A stretch of 64,000 nt of DNA from the IMG/VR virus record IMGVR_UViG_2599185236_000001, positions 10,466 through 74,465 of that record; one strand, written 5' to 3'. How positions within the stretch are numbered: the stretch's first letter is position 1; each line of letters opens with the position of its first letter. This document shows positions 26,347 through 35,403 of this stretch, piece after piece. The notes under the pieces were generated by a model. That model saw nothing but the letters and a program-made list of their open reading frames with translations, was not told the DNA's origin and made no database searches. Both the position numbers and the translations under genes were made by a program. The stretch is from a virus. Its lineage: Duplodnaviria; Caudoviricetes.

Positions 26347-26522
26347 TTCGGCCTCTTTGGTGCTGGGACTTTCGACGCAGCGCCTTTGGCGACGGCATCG
26401 TTGGCGCAATCGCGCGTCACGGAATAGCGACCGTCCTTGTGTGGGCCGCCGTCAGCCTTGTAGGCAATGCTCGTGCCCGGCGTGGCTTTCCAGACGTGGC
26501 GGCGTGTAAAGCGGACCCACAT
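26343..26522 (-). CDS. Small phage hypothetical protein (59 aa, absent from the ORF track)
   Basis: TGATG-coupled; MWVRFTRRHVWKATPGTSIAYKADGG...VTRDCA. Confidence 0.65.
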   Translation of the reverse strand: MWVRFTRRHVWKATPGTSIAYKADGGPHKDGRYSVTRDCANDAVAKGAASKVPAPKRPK

Positions 26523-27115
26523 CAGGCACCTCGCCAGTTGCGATGAGGCATCAGAAGGGCCTTGGAAGCCATTGGCATCTCGACGAGTTTGCCGTCGCCA
26601 ACTTCCTCACGATTTTCGAACCAGTGCCCGATCATCAGCAGAATTGCGTGCTTTATGCCCTTCGGCACATCGTCGTACCCAGCAGTGAAGGTGATGCGGA
26701 TCACTTCCGGCTCGCAATCAGTAGATGGCCACGAAGAGCTGCGAGCTGGCTTGATGTAGCCCGGCTGTGTCGAGCCAACGCCGAAGACGCGGTAATCACT
26801 GATTTCGCCGTCGATGCCGTCTGATCCGATGAACTCCACCGTATCGACAGCCAGCAACGGGGCGAGAGGCAAGTGGAGCCTGCCCGACCGGCCGTTGTCG
26901 TCACTGCAAGGGAACCGATCCAGACTGAGCTGCCACGTCTGTGGAGCGATTGCCCTTCCGAGCCAGCCATCTGCTCCATCGATCATTCCGACGGCAGTAT
27001 CGACGAGGGCTTCGATATAATCGTCCTCGTCGTCATGAAGAACACGGAGATGTGTCTTTGCTTCGGCCAGCGACACCACAGGCGCCGCCGGTGGCGTCAC
27101 TAGCTTGAGCATCAT
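26522..27115 (-). CDS. Head-tail connector (HK97 gp6-like)
   Basis: VSLAEAKTHLRV..DDED.YI...VPKGIKHAILLMIGHWFENRE. Confidence 0.92.
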   Translation of the reverse strand: MMLKLVTPPAAPVVSLAEAKTHLRVLHDDEDDYIEALVDTAVGMIDGADGWLGRAIAPQTWQLSLDRFPCSDDNGRSGRLHLPLAPLLAVDTVEFIGSDGIDGEISDYRVFGVGSTQPGYIKPARSSSWPSTDCEPEVIRITFTAGYDDVPKGIKHAILLMIGHWFENREEVGDGKLVEMPMASKALLMPHRNWRGA

Positions 27116-27309
27116 TATTTCCCGCGCTTCTTGGGGGCCTGAGGCGCGCCCTCGCCGTCTTCCGCGTCGGCCTCTACGTCAACACTGATGAAGCCCTCTC
27201 CGACAAGGCCATCGGTAGCGGCGCCAAAGTCACGTTCGTCACCCGTAACCAGGCTCTCGATCGTGAAACCGTCCGATGCGAAATCGAACGGCTTGATGAC
27301 GACAGCCAT
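27115..27309 (-). CDS. Small hypothetical protein
   Basis: 64 aa, coupled, head cluster. Confidence 0.65.
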   Translation of the reverse strand: MAVVIKPFDFASDGFTIESLVTGDERDFGAATDGLVGEGFISVDVEADAEDGEGAPQAPKKRGK

Positions 27310-27695
27310 TAGGCCACCGGTGCGAGGCTGGCGTGTCCACCGATTACGACGGCGTCAGCGGCGATCGACGTGCCGGAGCTGAGCGTCAGGACCGGGCGGA
27401 CATATCGCTTGGTTCCCTTGTATCCCACCTTGATCGAAGCCGAGGCGGACAGAGAGGCGGGAAAAGCGCCGAGCAGGTCGCCGGCTGCCACGTCCGTAAA
27501 GGTCGAGTTATCATCCGATTCCTGCAGCTTCGGAACCATCACCGCGGCACCGACGATGGCGCCTGCATTGATGATGACAGTGGCGGAATTGTAGGGGCGA
27601 AGGTCGACGCCAGAGCCGTTGACCGATGCGGACTGAACCGCCGGTGCGATCGACTGGATTACGCCGATGCTGTTGTAAAGATCACGTTTTGCCAT
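27309..27695 (-). CDS. Putative head decoration/cement protein
   Basis: 128 aa beta-rich protein immediately after the major capsid gene. Confidence 0.6.
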   Translation of the reverse strand: MAKRDLYNSIGVIQSIAPAVQSASVNGSGVDLRPYNSATVIINAGAIVGAAVMVPKLQESDDNSTFTDVAAGDLLGAFPASLSASASIKVGYKGTKRYVRPVLTLSSGTSIAADAVVIGGHASLAPVA

Positions 27696-27743
27696 GTGGC
27701 CTAACTCCTTGAAAGATGCGGGGCGCCGTAGCGCCCCTTGTGA

Positions 27744-29141
27744 TTAGGCCGAGGTGACCATGAGCTTGACGGCTTCGAAGTTCACGACGTCGCCACCGAC
27801 GCGGCGGCGGTTGTAGAACTTGACGTACGGCTTGGCGGTCAGGTTGTCGCGCAGCAGCGTCAGGCCGAGACGGTCGACGATGGTGTATGCTGCCTTGAAG
27901 TCACCGAAAGCCACCGGAAGCGAACCAGCTGCGATTGCCGGCATGTCTTCACAGCGATTGACTGCGAAACCCAGGATCGTCGCCGGCTGGCCGCCCTTGA
28001 TGTCACCCATCTGCCAGAGGTAGTTGCCCTGGCCATCCTTGAGCTTCATGGCGTCGCGGACGGTGGTCCGCTTCATCAGGAAGTTGGCGTTCTGGGTGTA
28101 GTAGTCCTTCAGCGCGAAGACGAGGTTGTAGAAGGCGTCAGCGGTGATGGCAGTCGCACCACCGGAGACAATCTGCTCGATCTTGCCGTTTTCGAGGTGA
28201 CCGTCGGCGCCGGACGTTGCCCAGTTGCCGTAGCTCAAGAGACCGCGCGGTTTGTTGACACCGTCACCGGTGAAGAATGCGCTGGCCTCGATGCGGCCCA
28301 TGCGTTCGCCTACCTTGTTGCCGACCCACGCCTCAATATCGAGGCCAGCGTCTTCCAACATGTTCTGCGTCACGCGCGGCTCAGCGAACATCTCATGAGC
28401 GAAGATCTTGGATACGCCGAGCTGCGACGTCGACGTTTCCGACGGTGCCTGGGTCTCGCCTACCCAGCCGCCGAAGCCAAATTCGCCTTCGTCGCGCGGG
28501 ATTTCAAGTTCCTTGCCGCCGATCGTCTCGACCGTTGCGAGAGCGCGTAGATTCGAAGTCTCGAAGATGCGCTGGATGATGCGGCTGGAGACCGTCTTCG
28601 GGACAAGGTAGCCGCCGTCCGGATCGGAGCCGGTCTGCATTGCTGCCTGTACCGGGCCAGGCATAGCCGCGTCGGAGCGAGCGCGCATGTACGGCGCAAA
28701 TGCCGCCGAGTAAGCCGCATAGGCCTCTTCGTCGGCGACGATCTCGGTGTTGATGCCGAGCTTGCCGGCGTTGGCCAGCTGCGCCTTTGCGAATTCGAAT
28801 GCGGCCTTTGCGTCAGCCGCGCCTTCATCGCCTGCCCAGCCGCCGTTACCCGGGCGCTTTAGGACCGCGTCGATCTTGTCGACGTCGGCGGAAACAGCAA
28901 CGATGCTGTCCGTGGCAGCCTTCAGCGATGCCTCCAGAGCGGCATGCTTGGTCTCAACGGCAGCAACGAGGGTGTCGATCTTGTTAACGGCGATCGGGTC
29001 GCCATCCTTGCCGTACTTGTCGAGCGTCGCGCGGAGCTCGTTAAGTTCGCGGCGGGTGTTGTCGTTGGCAGCACGGAAGTCATTGCCGAAGCGGGTAACT
29101 TCCGCCGAAATGGCGTCGATATTTTCCTGAGAAACGGGCAC
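27744..29141 (-). CDS. Major capsid protein, HK97 fold
   Basis: N-terminal coiled delta domain, DGGYLVP, GDGVNKPRG, FGDFKAAY, RVGGDV. Confidence 0.97.
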   Translation of the reverse strand: MPVSQENIDAISAEVTRFGNDFRAANDNTRRELNELRATLDKYGKDGDPIAVNKIDTLVAAVETKHAALEASLKAATDSIVAVSADVDKIDAVLKRPGNGGWAGDEGAADAKAAFEFAKAQLANAGKLGINTEIVADEEAYAAYSAAFAPYMRARSDAAMPGPVQAAMQTGSDPDGGYLVPKTVSSRIIQRIFETSNLRALATVETIGGKELEIPRDEGEFGFGGWVGETQAPSETSTSQLGVSKIFAHEMFAEPRVTQNMLEDAGLDIEAWVGNKVGERMGRIEASAFFTGDGVNKPRGLLSYGNWATSGADGHLENGKIEQIVSGGATAITADAFYNLVFALKDYYTQNANFLMKRTTVRDAMKLKDGQGNYLWQMGDIKGGQPATILGFAVNRCEDMPAIAAGSLPVAFGDFKAAYTIVDRLGLTLLRDNLTAKPYVKFYNRRRVGGDVVNFEAVKLMVTSA

Positions 29142-29150
29142 GAGTGCCTC

Positions 29151-30014
29151 CTATGATTGGGTGTGGAATGCGGCGCGGGCCTTTGCGAGGGCCTCTGCCA
29201 AACCTGAAAGCTTCACGTCGCCAGCATCCCGCGTGGCCTGAATGTCGCTTGTGTCGACTTCGCGCATTGCTGCGCGAGCCTTTGAGCGAGACCACCCAGC
29301 GTCCTGCGTGAGTGCTCGTTCCATGTCTCGTTTTGTGGGCTGGGTGTCGGACGTGTCGTCGTCTTCCCATAGCAGGGCTTTCGGCACATGGCCGAAAACG
29401 GAAAGGTCAAACTTCGCCTGCGGCTCCGCCGTCAATCCGATGGACGTGGCAAAACCGGCGTCTTTGGCTTCTCGTGCAGTCAGCCAAGTCTCGTCATCCA
29501 TCATCTGCTTGATGGCGCGGATCCCTGTCGTGGTGCGAGCCGCGTAGGTTCGGGCCAATGCGTCATCGATCTTACCGAGAACAGTGGCAACATCAGACAG
29601 GTCGTGCCTGTTGCCGACGCCAATGGTCCAAGCGTTGTGGATCATGAACATTGCGTTGTCTGCGATGACGATCTCGTCACCGGCCATGGCGATGATGGAA
29701 GCGATGGATGCCGCCAAGCCGACCACCTCGACCTTTACCTTGCCGTCGTAAGCAAGGAGGTCGTTGTAGATCGAGATGCCGTCAAACACGTCGCCGCCTG
29801 GCGAGTTGATCCGCAGCGTAATGTCGCCGCTGACTTGGGAAAGCTGAGACCGGAATGACCGGGCGTTGACGCCCCAATAGCCGATTTCATCGTAGAGGTG
29901 GATAACCGTTCCGGAGCTCTCCGCCTTGGCTTCAAATTTGGTGCCTACAGCGCGCGCAAAGAATCGGTCACGGCGCTCTCCCGCTCGGGGCGCGCCGACG
30001 TCAATTTTATCCAT
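29151..30014 (-). CDS. Prohead protease, ClpP/S14-like
   Basis: RINSPGGDVFDG, GLAASIASII, FMIHNAW, DDETWLTAREA. Confidence 0.95.
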   Translation of the reverse strand: MDKIDVGAPRAGERRDRFFARAVGTKFEAKAESSGTVIHLYDEIGYWGVNARSFRSQLSQVSGDITLRINSPGGDVFDGISIYNDLLAYDGKVKVEVVGLAASIASIIAMAGDEIVIADNAMFMIHNAWTIGVGNRHDLSDVATVLGKIDDALARTYAARTTTGIRAIKQMMDDETWLTAREAKDAGFATSIGLTAEPQAKFDLSVFGHVPKALLWEDDDTSDTQPTKRDMERALTQDAGWSRSKARAAMREVDTSDIQATRDAGDVKLSGLAEALAKARAAFHTQS

Positions 30015-30022
30015 GAGGGATC

Positions 30023-31252
30023 CTATTTCGCCGCATTGTCGTTGGCGGGCGACGGAGCTGGCTTGTCGACCTGAATAGCGGGGTTCTCGAACACATCACC
30101 GCCCTCACGGGGGTTCATGTTCTCCTTGATGCGGGCCTCGTTCGCACTCATCCATTTGTTCTGGATGGCGGATGAGTAGGCCTCGTACCGCGCTTTTGTG
30201 TCGCCTCGCAGCATCGCGTCAATGAGGAACTCGCAGAAGTAACCCTCTGCTCTGTCCCTCTCGGTCAGCAGGTCTCGGTTGATTGCCTGCTCCCATCGCA
30301 CCAGCCAAGGCCGAAGGCTATGAATGATGAAGTCCAGGGTCTGGAATTCGATGTTTGAGAAGGTCGCCTTCTCGAGATCGTTGACCAGGTGAGCAGGGAC
30401 GCGGAAAATGCCGGCGATCTCAGATCGTTGGAACTTGCGACCATCGATGAACTCGGCATCCTTGGGTGCGATGTTCATCGAAATCCATTCCATCCCCTCC
30501 TCGAGGATGATCGGCTTGCCGCTGTTCTCCAAACCAGCGTAACGCTCGGAGAACTGCTGGCGCAGATTTTCCGTGGCTATCGGCCCGATGACCTTTGGGT
30601 GCTTCAACACGCCGGTTGGCTTGACGCCGTTCCGGTACATGTTGGAACCAAATGATTCGGCGGCCATACCAAGGCCGATTGCCTCCCGCGCGAGCGAGAT
30701 CATTGATCGCCCAACATAGCCCTTCGGCAATGGACCACGTATGTGGTGCATGTCTTTCGAAGTGAGCTTGGCCTTCGTGTTGTCAGGCATGGTCGCCTCG
30801 TACTTCGGTGACCAGTCCATAGCCTGCGTGATCGTCACGCCGTCTGGGTTAAGTGGAATAAGCCCGATCGCTTGCCCGAGCCGATTACGCTCGACGTAGC
30901 TGTAGCCGTTGCCACGCAGCGATAGGTTGACCATCGTGCCTTCGGCATATTCGAACGCGGAATTCCACCCGTTAGCCTGATCGTGCAGCACCTTGTAGAG
31001 TGGATGCTCGGTGGCTCGGTCTTTTCCGCCATCCTTGCGCCTCTTGTAGAGGATGCAAGGAAGGCTGGCGACACTCTCGGCAAGTACGCGCACGCAGATC
31101 AACACCGTCGTGTAGCGTAGGGCAGTCTCGGGCGAGACGTAAACTCCTGTCGCAGCGAGGTTCCCACCGCTCTGCAGCTTTGCCCATTCATCCATGGGCA
31201 AGCTGGTGATCTCAGCTCGGGGGCGCATAAGCGCGCCGAAAATTCCAGCCAT
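30023..31252 (-). CDS. Portal protein, HK97 family
   Basis: CVRVLAESVASLP, LRGNGY, EIAGIFRVP, NEARIKENM. Confidence 0.96.
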   Translation of the reverse strand: MAGIFGALMRPRAEITSLPMDEWAKLQSGGNLAATGVYVSPETALRYTTVLICVRVLAESVASLPCILYKRRKDGGKDRATEHPLYKVLHDQANGWNSAFEYAEGTMVNLSLRGNGYSYVERNRLGQAIGLIPLNPDGVTITQAMDWSPKYEATMPDNTKAKLTSKDMHHIRGPLPKGYVGRSMISLAREAIGLGMAAESFGSNMYRNGVKPTGVLKHPKVIGPIATENLRQQFSERYAGLENSGKPIILEEGMEWISMNIAPKDAEFIDGRKFQRSEIAGIFRVPAHLVNDLEKATFSNIEFQTLDFIIHSLRPWLVRWEQAINRDLLTERDRAEGYFCEFLIDAMLRGDTKARYEAYSSAIQNKWMSANEARIKENMNPREGGDVFENPAIQVDKPAPSPANDNAAK

Positions 31253-31431
31253 CAATCACCGCCATTGTTGCGGGCGTCGAGCAGAACTCCCGCCAGGATT
31301 AAAAGCCCACCGACGATGAAGCCGGCAGGCGGATAGATCATCCATGAGCCAATAGCGATGGATGCTACTGCGGAAACGCCGACGGCATCTCGCGCAAGGA
31401 CGGCAAGAGTTGCCGCGCTTGGGAATGTCAT
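31252..31431 (-). CDS. Small two-TM protein between terminase and portal (59 aa)
   Basis: MTFPSAATLAVLARDAVGVSAVASIAIGSWMIYPPAGFIVGGLLILAG; coupled at both ends. Confidence 0.65.
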   Translation of the reverse strand: MTFPSAATLAVLARDAVGVSAVASIAIGSWMIYPPAGFIVGGLLILAGVLLDARNNGGD

Positions 31432-33008
31432 AGTTCGACGAATCCTCGTGTTTCATAGACCGACGGTCCAGATCCACCTTCGTAGGTGCCGGCCATCGCC
31501 GTCGCCATCGTCAGCGCCACAGCACCGTCGATACGTCCTCTGGACTTCTGCTTGTCGAGCTTGCGGTTGCCGCTCGGATCCTGCTTCACCGTTGCATTCA
31601 TCACGCACATGGTGAGTACGGGATGACCGCCATGCGCGAGCTTTTTGTTGAGCACCATGCTCTCGAGCTCCCGTATGGCAGGAGACATGGAAGCGAAGCC
31701 CTGGCCAAACTGCTCGAAGATGGCTTCATCACCCTCAAGCTGCTCCTCGGTGAAACCGACCTTGAGCAACCAAGGTTTGAGGTGGCGCCAGTTCCAGCGG
31801 TCGAACGCTATCTTGCGGATGTCGAGCTGCTGTTGAAGCTCAAAAAGATGAGACGCGACAAACTCGTAGTCGACGGTCGGCCCTGGCGTCGTCTCAAGGA
31901 ACCGCTGACCGTCTTCGTCTGGCTTATTCCAGATGTCGTACGGAACGCGGTCGGCTTTGGCCTTTTCGCGCAGCGCCTCGCCAGGCAACCAAAATGTCGG
32001 CTTGACGTGCCAGACCGTGCCCGCGTCCGTTTCCTTCGGCGCCATAAGCACTAGGGACGTCAAGTCAGATACTTCGGACAGATCGAGGCCGCCGAAAACG
32101 GGCAGTCCTTTGAAGTCGTCGACTGCGCTCTCGCAAGCGCGCCAGACGGTTGGCGGGAACAGTGGGGCTGAGGCATCGATACGCTGATTGAGGAATAGCC
32201 AGCGAAAGCTGGCCTCCTTCGTCGGCATGCGCATGGCCAGCTGCGAGAAGTCTTCGACGTCCTTGACCGAACGGAAAACGCCAAGCGCTGGATTGGCTGC
32301 GGCCCACCCTGCCCGGTCGTTGAGCTCACACTCAACCGGCGCGGTGTAGATATGCGAAACGATGCGTGGATCCTTTGACGTCTCGGCGTCGTCGATCCAG
32401 CGCGAGAAAAGGTCGTTGTCAGTGGCGGCCTGCGTCGAGATGGCGAACAGCATCGCCCGGCCCTCGTAGGCTCCCTGCGACGTCTCGATCGCCTCAACGA
32501 AATCATCTGTCGGGCCTTTGATCTGGCCGACCTCGTCAAGAATGGCGAGAATGGGCGAACCGCCATGCGCGCTCTTCGCCTCAGCCGAACTGGCCTGGTA
32601 CTCGACGTTCTTGGCGAGGCCGACAATCATCTTCGCAGATGGAACGATGCGCGCGAGCTTTGAGAGCTCAGGCGACATCATGATCATTTTTGCACTGTAA
32701 TTGAATACTTCGGCAGCCTGTTTGCGGGAGCGAGCGCCAGAGACAATTCGGCCGTTCTGGTACGCCTCAGGCCCAACGATGTGGGCCAATAGAAGACAGG
32801 CAATTAGACCTGTCTTGCCGTTCTTACGGGCAATCGACAGATAAGCGCGAGATGTGCCGACCGGATTGTCGTAGACGGCGAGGATGAACTTCTTCTGGAA
32901 GTCCAGCAGCTTTACCGGCTTGCCGAGTAATGTCCCTTCGGGGACGAGGCAGTAGCGCTCCACGAACGCAATGACGCGCTCGCCGCGTGTCATCGGCTTC
33001 TTTGCCAT
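31428..33008 (-). CDS. terL: Terminase large subunit
   Basis: IARKNGKT Walker A, ILDEV Walker B, GGLDLS and GRIDGAVA nuclease motifs. Confidence 0.97.
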   Translation of the reverse strand: MAKKPMTRGERVIAFVERYCLVPEGTLLGKPVKLLDFQKKFILAVYDNPVGTSRAYLSIARKNGKTGLIACLLLAHIVGPEAYQNGRIVSGARSRKQAAEVFNYSAKMIMMSPELSKLARIVPSAKMIVGLAKNVEYQASSAEAKSAHGGSPILAILDEVGQIKGPTDDFVEAIETSQGAYEGRAMLFAISTQAATDNDLFSRWIDDAETSKDPRIVSHIYTAPVECELNDRAGWAAANPALGVFRSVKDVEDFSQLAMRMPTKEASFRWLFLNQRIDASAPLFPPTVWRACESAVDDFKGLPVFGGLDLSEVSDLTSLVLMAPKETDAGTVWHVKPTFWLPGEALREKAKADRVPYDIWNKPDEDGQRFLETTPGPTVDYEFVASHLFELQQQLDIRKIAFDRWNWRHLKPWLLKVGFTEEQLEGDEAIFEQFGQGFASMSPAIRELESMVLNKKLAHGGHPVLTMCVMNATVKQDPSGNRKLDKQKSRGRIDGAVALTMATAMAGTYEGGSGPSVYETRGFVEL

Positions 33009-33059
33009 ATGTGTACTTCACCCTCGCGTGCGCGCAATGCGCGATCGCGCGCGAGGCCG

Positions 33060-33524
33060 TCATCCAGGCCTAGCCAGCAGGTCATCCTCTAAGGGGTTGT
33101 TGCCCTCGATTCCCTTGGCCGCTTCGCGCCTCTTTGCTGCGTCTCTTGCCTCGCCCTGTTGAGCCCTAGCGTGCAGGGCCAGAGATCGACGAAAGGAAAG
33201 GATGCTGGCCGCGTGCATCTGCACGATTGTTTTGCGCGGATTGGCGACGGGCGTGCCTTTCTCGCTGTAGGAGACGCCGCCCTCATCGCGAAGGAGAGCT
33301 TGCTCCCGCACGAGGTCGGCCATCGTCCTAGCGAGCATGGCGGCAAGCTCAAGCTGATGGTCGGACCATTCCGACCGAGCGAACTCGGCAACCACGTTTC
33401 GGAAGAACGGCTCATCGCCCTCATCGAGCGGGACGTTGCTCGGCGGCAGGATCTCGATTGTGGCCTTGGCCATGACGCGCACGGCTTCAGCCGCGCTGTC
33501 GATGCGCGCCTTCCTCTTCGCCAT
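33060..33524 (-). CDS. terS: Terminase small subunit (P27-like)
   Basis: Upstream of terL; GTPVANP...RSLAL motif; AGGA SD. Confidence 0.85.
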   Translation of the reverse strand: MAKRKARIDSAAEAVRVMAKATIEILPPSNVPLDEGDEPFFRNVVAEFARSEWSDHQLELAAMLARTMADLVREQALLRDEGGVSYSEKGTPVANPRKTIVQMHAASILSFRRSLALHARAQQGEARDAAKRREAAKGIEGNNPLEDDLLARPG

Positions 33525-33598
33525 GTCGTGTATCCTCCTACGTGATGGACCGCCCCAGAACGAACACATTGCTCACGGATTGTTTCATGCTGTAACGA

Positions 33599-33820
33599 TT
33601 GATGGAGAAACCAATGTCCAAAGAGTGGTCACACCCGGTTCGCCTGAATGACGGTGGTCTTATCATCACGATTGCTACGGCAGCTCAGGCCAGCAACTTT
33701 ATGCGGCACGCAAAGCTCAGCTCTCGTTGGGCTGATGCGCTGGCAAAATGCTCAGCCGCGGCTGATGGTCGGCTGTCACATGATGAAGCGCGTCTGGCCT
33801 TTCTAAAGGCAGCGCACTAA
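33599..33820 (+). CDS. DUF982-like small protein
   Basis: WSHPVRL...TAAQA..F....W..AL.KC.AA.DG.LS.DEAR.AF.KAA pattern. Confidence 0.7.
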   Translation: MMEKPMSKEWSHPVRLNDGGLIITIATAAQASNFMRHAKLSSRWADALAKCSAAADGRLSHDEARLAFLKAAH

Positions 33821-33839
33821 GGCGCCTTCTAGTACCAAA

Positions 33840-33960
33840 AACCTACCACTCGCGCGCTTGCGCACGCGGGAGGCAAAAAACTGTGTTTGGGTTTGCGTTG
33901 TTGGACACCGCCGGTACGCGTCGCCGTCGGGCCAGACTTTCGACCGCCCCCTCCCCGCCT
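33840..33960 (-). other. Putative cos packaging region
   Basis: Non-coding stretch between HNH and terS with the GGGGAGGGGGCGGTCGAAAGTC...ACCGGCGG arrangement typical of cos phages; exact cohesive end not determinable. Confidence 0.55.
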
Positions 33961-34122
33961 CATCGGCCTGGAACGCCTTGGCGTTCTGCTGGTTTGGCTT
34001 ATAGGAGGAGTTACTAATGCACAGACGACATCGAAACACCCGAGAACTTGCGCACTACGTTGGCCTTAACGTTGCGCTAGCCCTGCTCATCGGATCACTC
34101 GCGTGGATGGCGCACTAGTTAG

Positions 34123-34470
34123 CTATCCAAGTTCGATCGGATACCCGTCGACCCCTATGACCGCGACCTTCTTGCCGCGCTCCATCACCTGCTTGGCGCT
34201 GTTGTGGTGGTGAGCGCAAAGCGACTGCAGGTTCAGTGGGTCATGGAATAGTTCAAGGTCGCCTTTGTGCGCCTTGCGATGGTCGACGACCTCGGCAGCC
34301 GTGATGTCCTCGGTGATCAGACAGAACTCGCAAAGCGGCTGAACCGCAAGCTGATGCTGGCGTAGCCGCTTCCATGCTGCTGTCTGGTAGAGGTGGTGCC
34401 AGGTGGACTTGGTTGCGGGGGCTGGACTTGAACCAGCGACCTCTTGGTTATGAGCCAAGCGAGCTACCAT
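34123..34470 (-). CDS. Packaging-associated HNH endonuclease (HK97 gp74-like); 5' end overlaps the tRNA
   Basis: LYQTAAWKRLR..QL..QPLCEFC...VVDH...NLQSLCAHHHN motif next to cos/terS. Confidence 0.88.
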   Translation of the reverse strand: MVARLAHNQEVAGSSPAPATKSTWHHLYQTAAWKRLRQHQLAVQPLCEFCLITEDITAAEVVDHRKAHKGDLELFHDPLNLQSLCAHHHNSAKQVMERGKKVAVIGVDGYPIELG

Positions 34471-34486
34471 GCTGCTCTACCCCGCA
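34410..34486 (-). tRNA. tRNA-Met(CAU), initiator-like body with variant identity elements, encoded CCA
   Basis: 77 nt cloverleaf: TGCGGGG/CCCCGCA acceptor, GAGC/GCTC D stem, CTTGG/CCAAG anticodon stem, CAT at 34452-34450, GCTGG-TTCAAGT-CCAGC T arm. Confidence 0.97.
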
Positions 34487-34585
34487 TTACTTGGAATGAC
34501 CGCTCCAAATACCCATATGTTGATCACGAGCGGCCGCCACGGTGCGTGGCCATTGTCTGGCCGCTTCATCTCAAGGAGACAATCC

Positions 34586-34747
34586 ATGACAGAACGAGAA
34601 GGCGCCTCGGCGCCAGCGCCTGCCTATGAACCGAAGGTACTAGCCAAGAAGTTCAGGATACCTGTCGAAGATGCAGTCAAAATCATCGACGAGTATGGCT
34701 CAGACCGTAAGGCCATCGACAAAGCCGCTCGCCGTATCGCGGCTTAA
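34586..34747 (+). CDS. Small protein, DUF3606-like
   Basis: AAGGAGA SD; YEPKVLAKKFRIPVEDAVKIIDEYGSDR motif. Confidence 0.65.
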   Translation: MTEREGASAPAPAYEPKVLAKKFRIPVEDAVKIIDEYGSDRKAIDKAARRIAA

Positions 34748-35143
34748 AAACAAAAGCGGCGATCTCGACCCGATGGGGAGACCGCCGCAGGACTACCTGT
34801 CGCGAGAGGAGGCGCGCCAGGTAATGGGGATGCAGCGTACGGCGAAGGCCATGTTGCGGGCCAGGCCCTAGACGCTGCGAATAGATGCACCCAGCCACTG
34901 CTCGTCAGCAGCGCCCTCACGTTAATTCGTGACGTTAGGCATATGCTCGCCATGGTGACGGTACGAAACCCGGCACGATTGAAAGCACAGAGGACTAGGG
35001 TGCTCATGAATGCCGCCGTGGTCCGCTATGCGGCTCGACACGGCAGGCTGCCCAAAATAATATGACTAATTATCGCGCTTCACGGGAACCGAATATCAAC
35101 TAGCGTGTTGATATGCCGTTTTTCCATCACAAGCGGTCCCGTC

Positions 35144-35275
35144 ATGCATCTCGTCTATATCGCTGTCGCAATCGCAACGTTCGCCATGCTGATCTACTCA
35201 ACGGCGCTGATGCCGATCTATACAGCTTACCCATTCTCATACTCATCTGAGTTCGTCACCACAGTGCGCATGTGA
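35144..35275 (+). CDS. Possible small membrane peptide (43 aa)
   Basis: MHLVYIAVAIATFAMLIYSTALMP...; no clear SD. Confidence 0.3.
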   Translation: MHLVYIAVAIATFAMLIYSTALMPIYTAYPFSYSSEFVTTVRM

Positions 35276-35403
35276 TTGGGTTGTATAGTTACGCCCGGCT
35301 CACGTCGTGGCCGAGCGTCCGTCGCAACATCGGTGCGTCCGGAGAGGTGTGGGGCACCTATCGGCAACCCCTTCACCTATACAGGTGGCAACTTCGCAGA
35401 AAG

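Noticed and set aside
33010-33060. GC-rich CGCG hairpin between terS and terL
   Set aside because: Short and low-complexity, with no U tract; expected by chance at this GC level.
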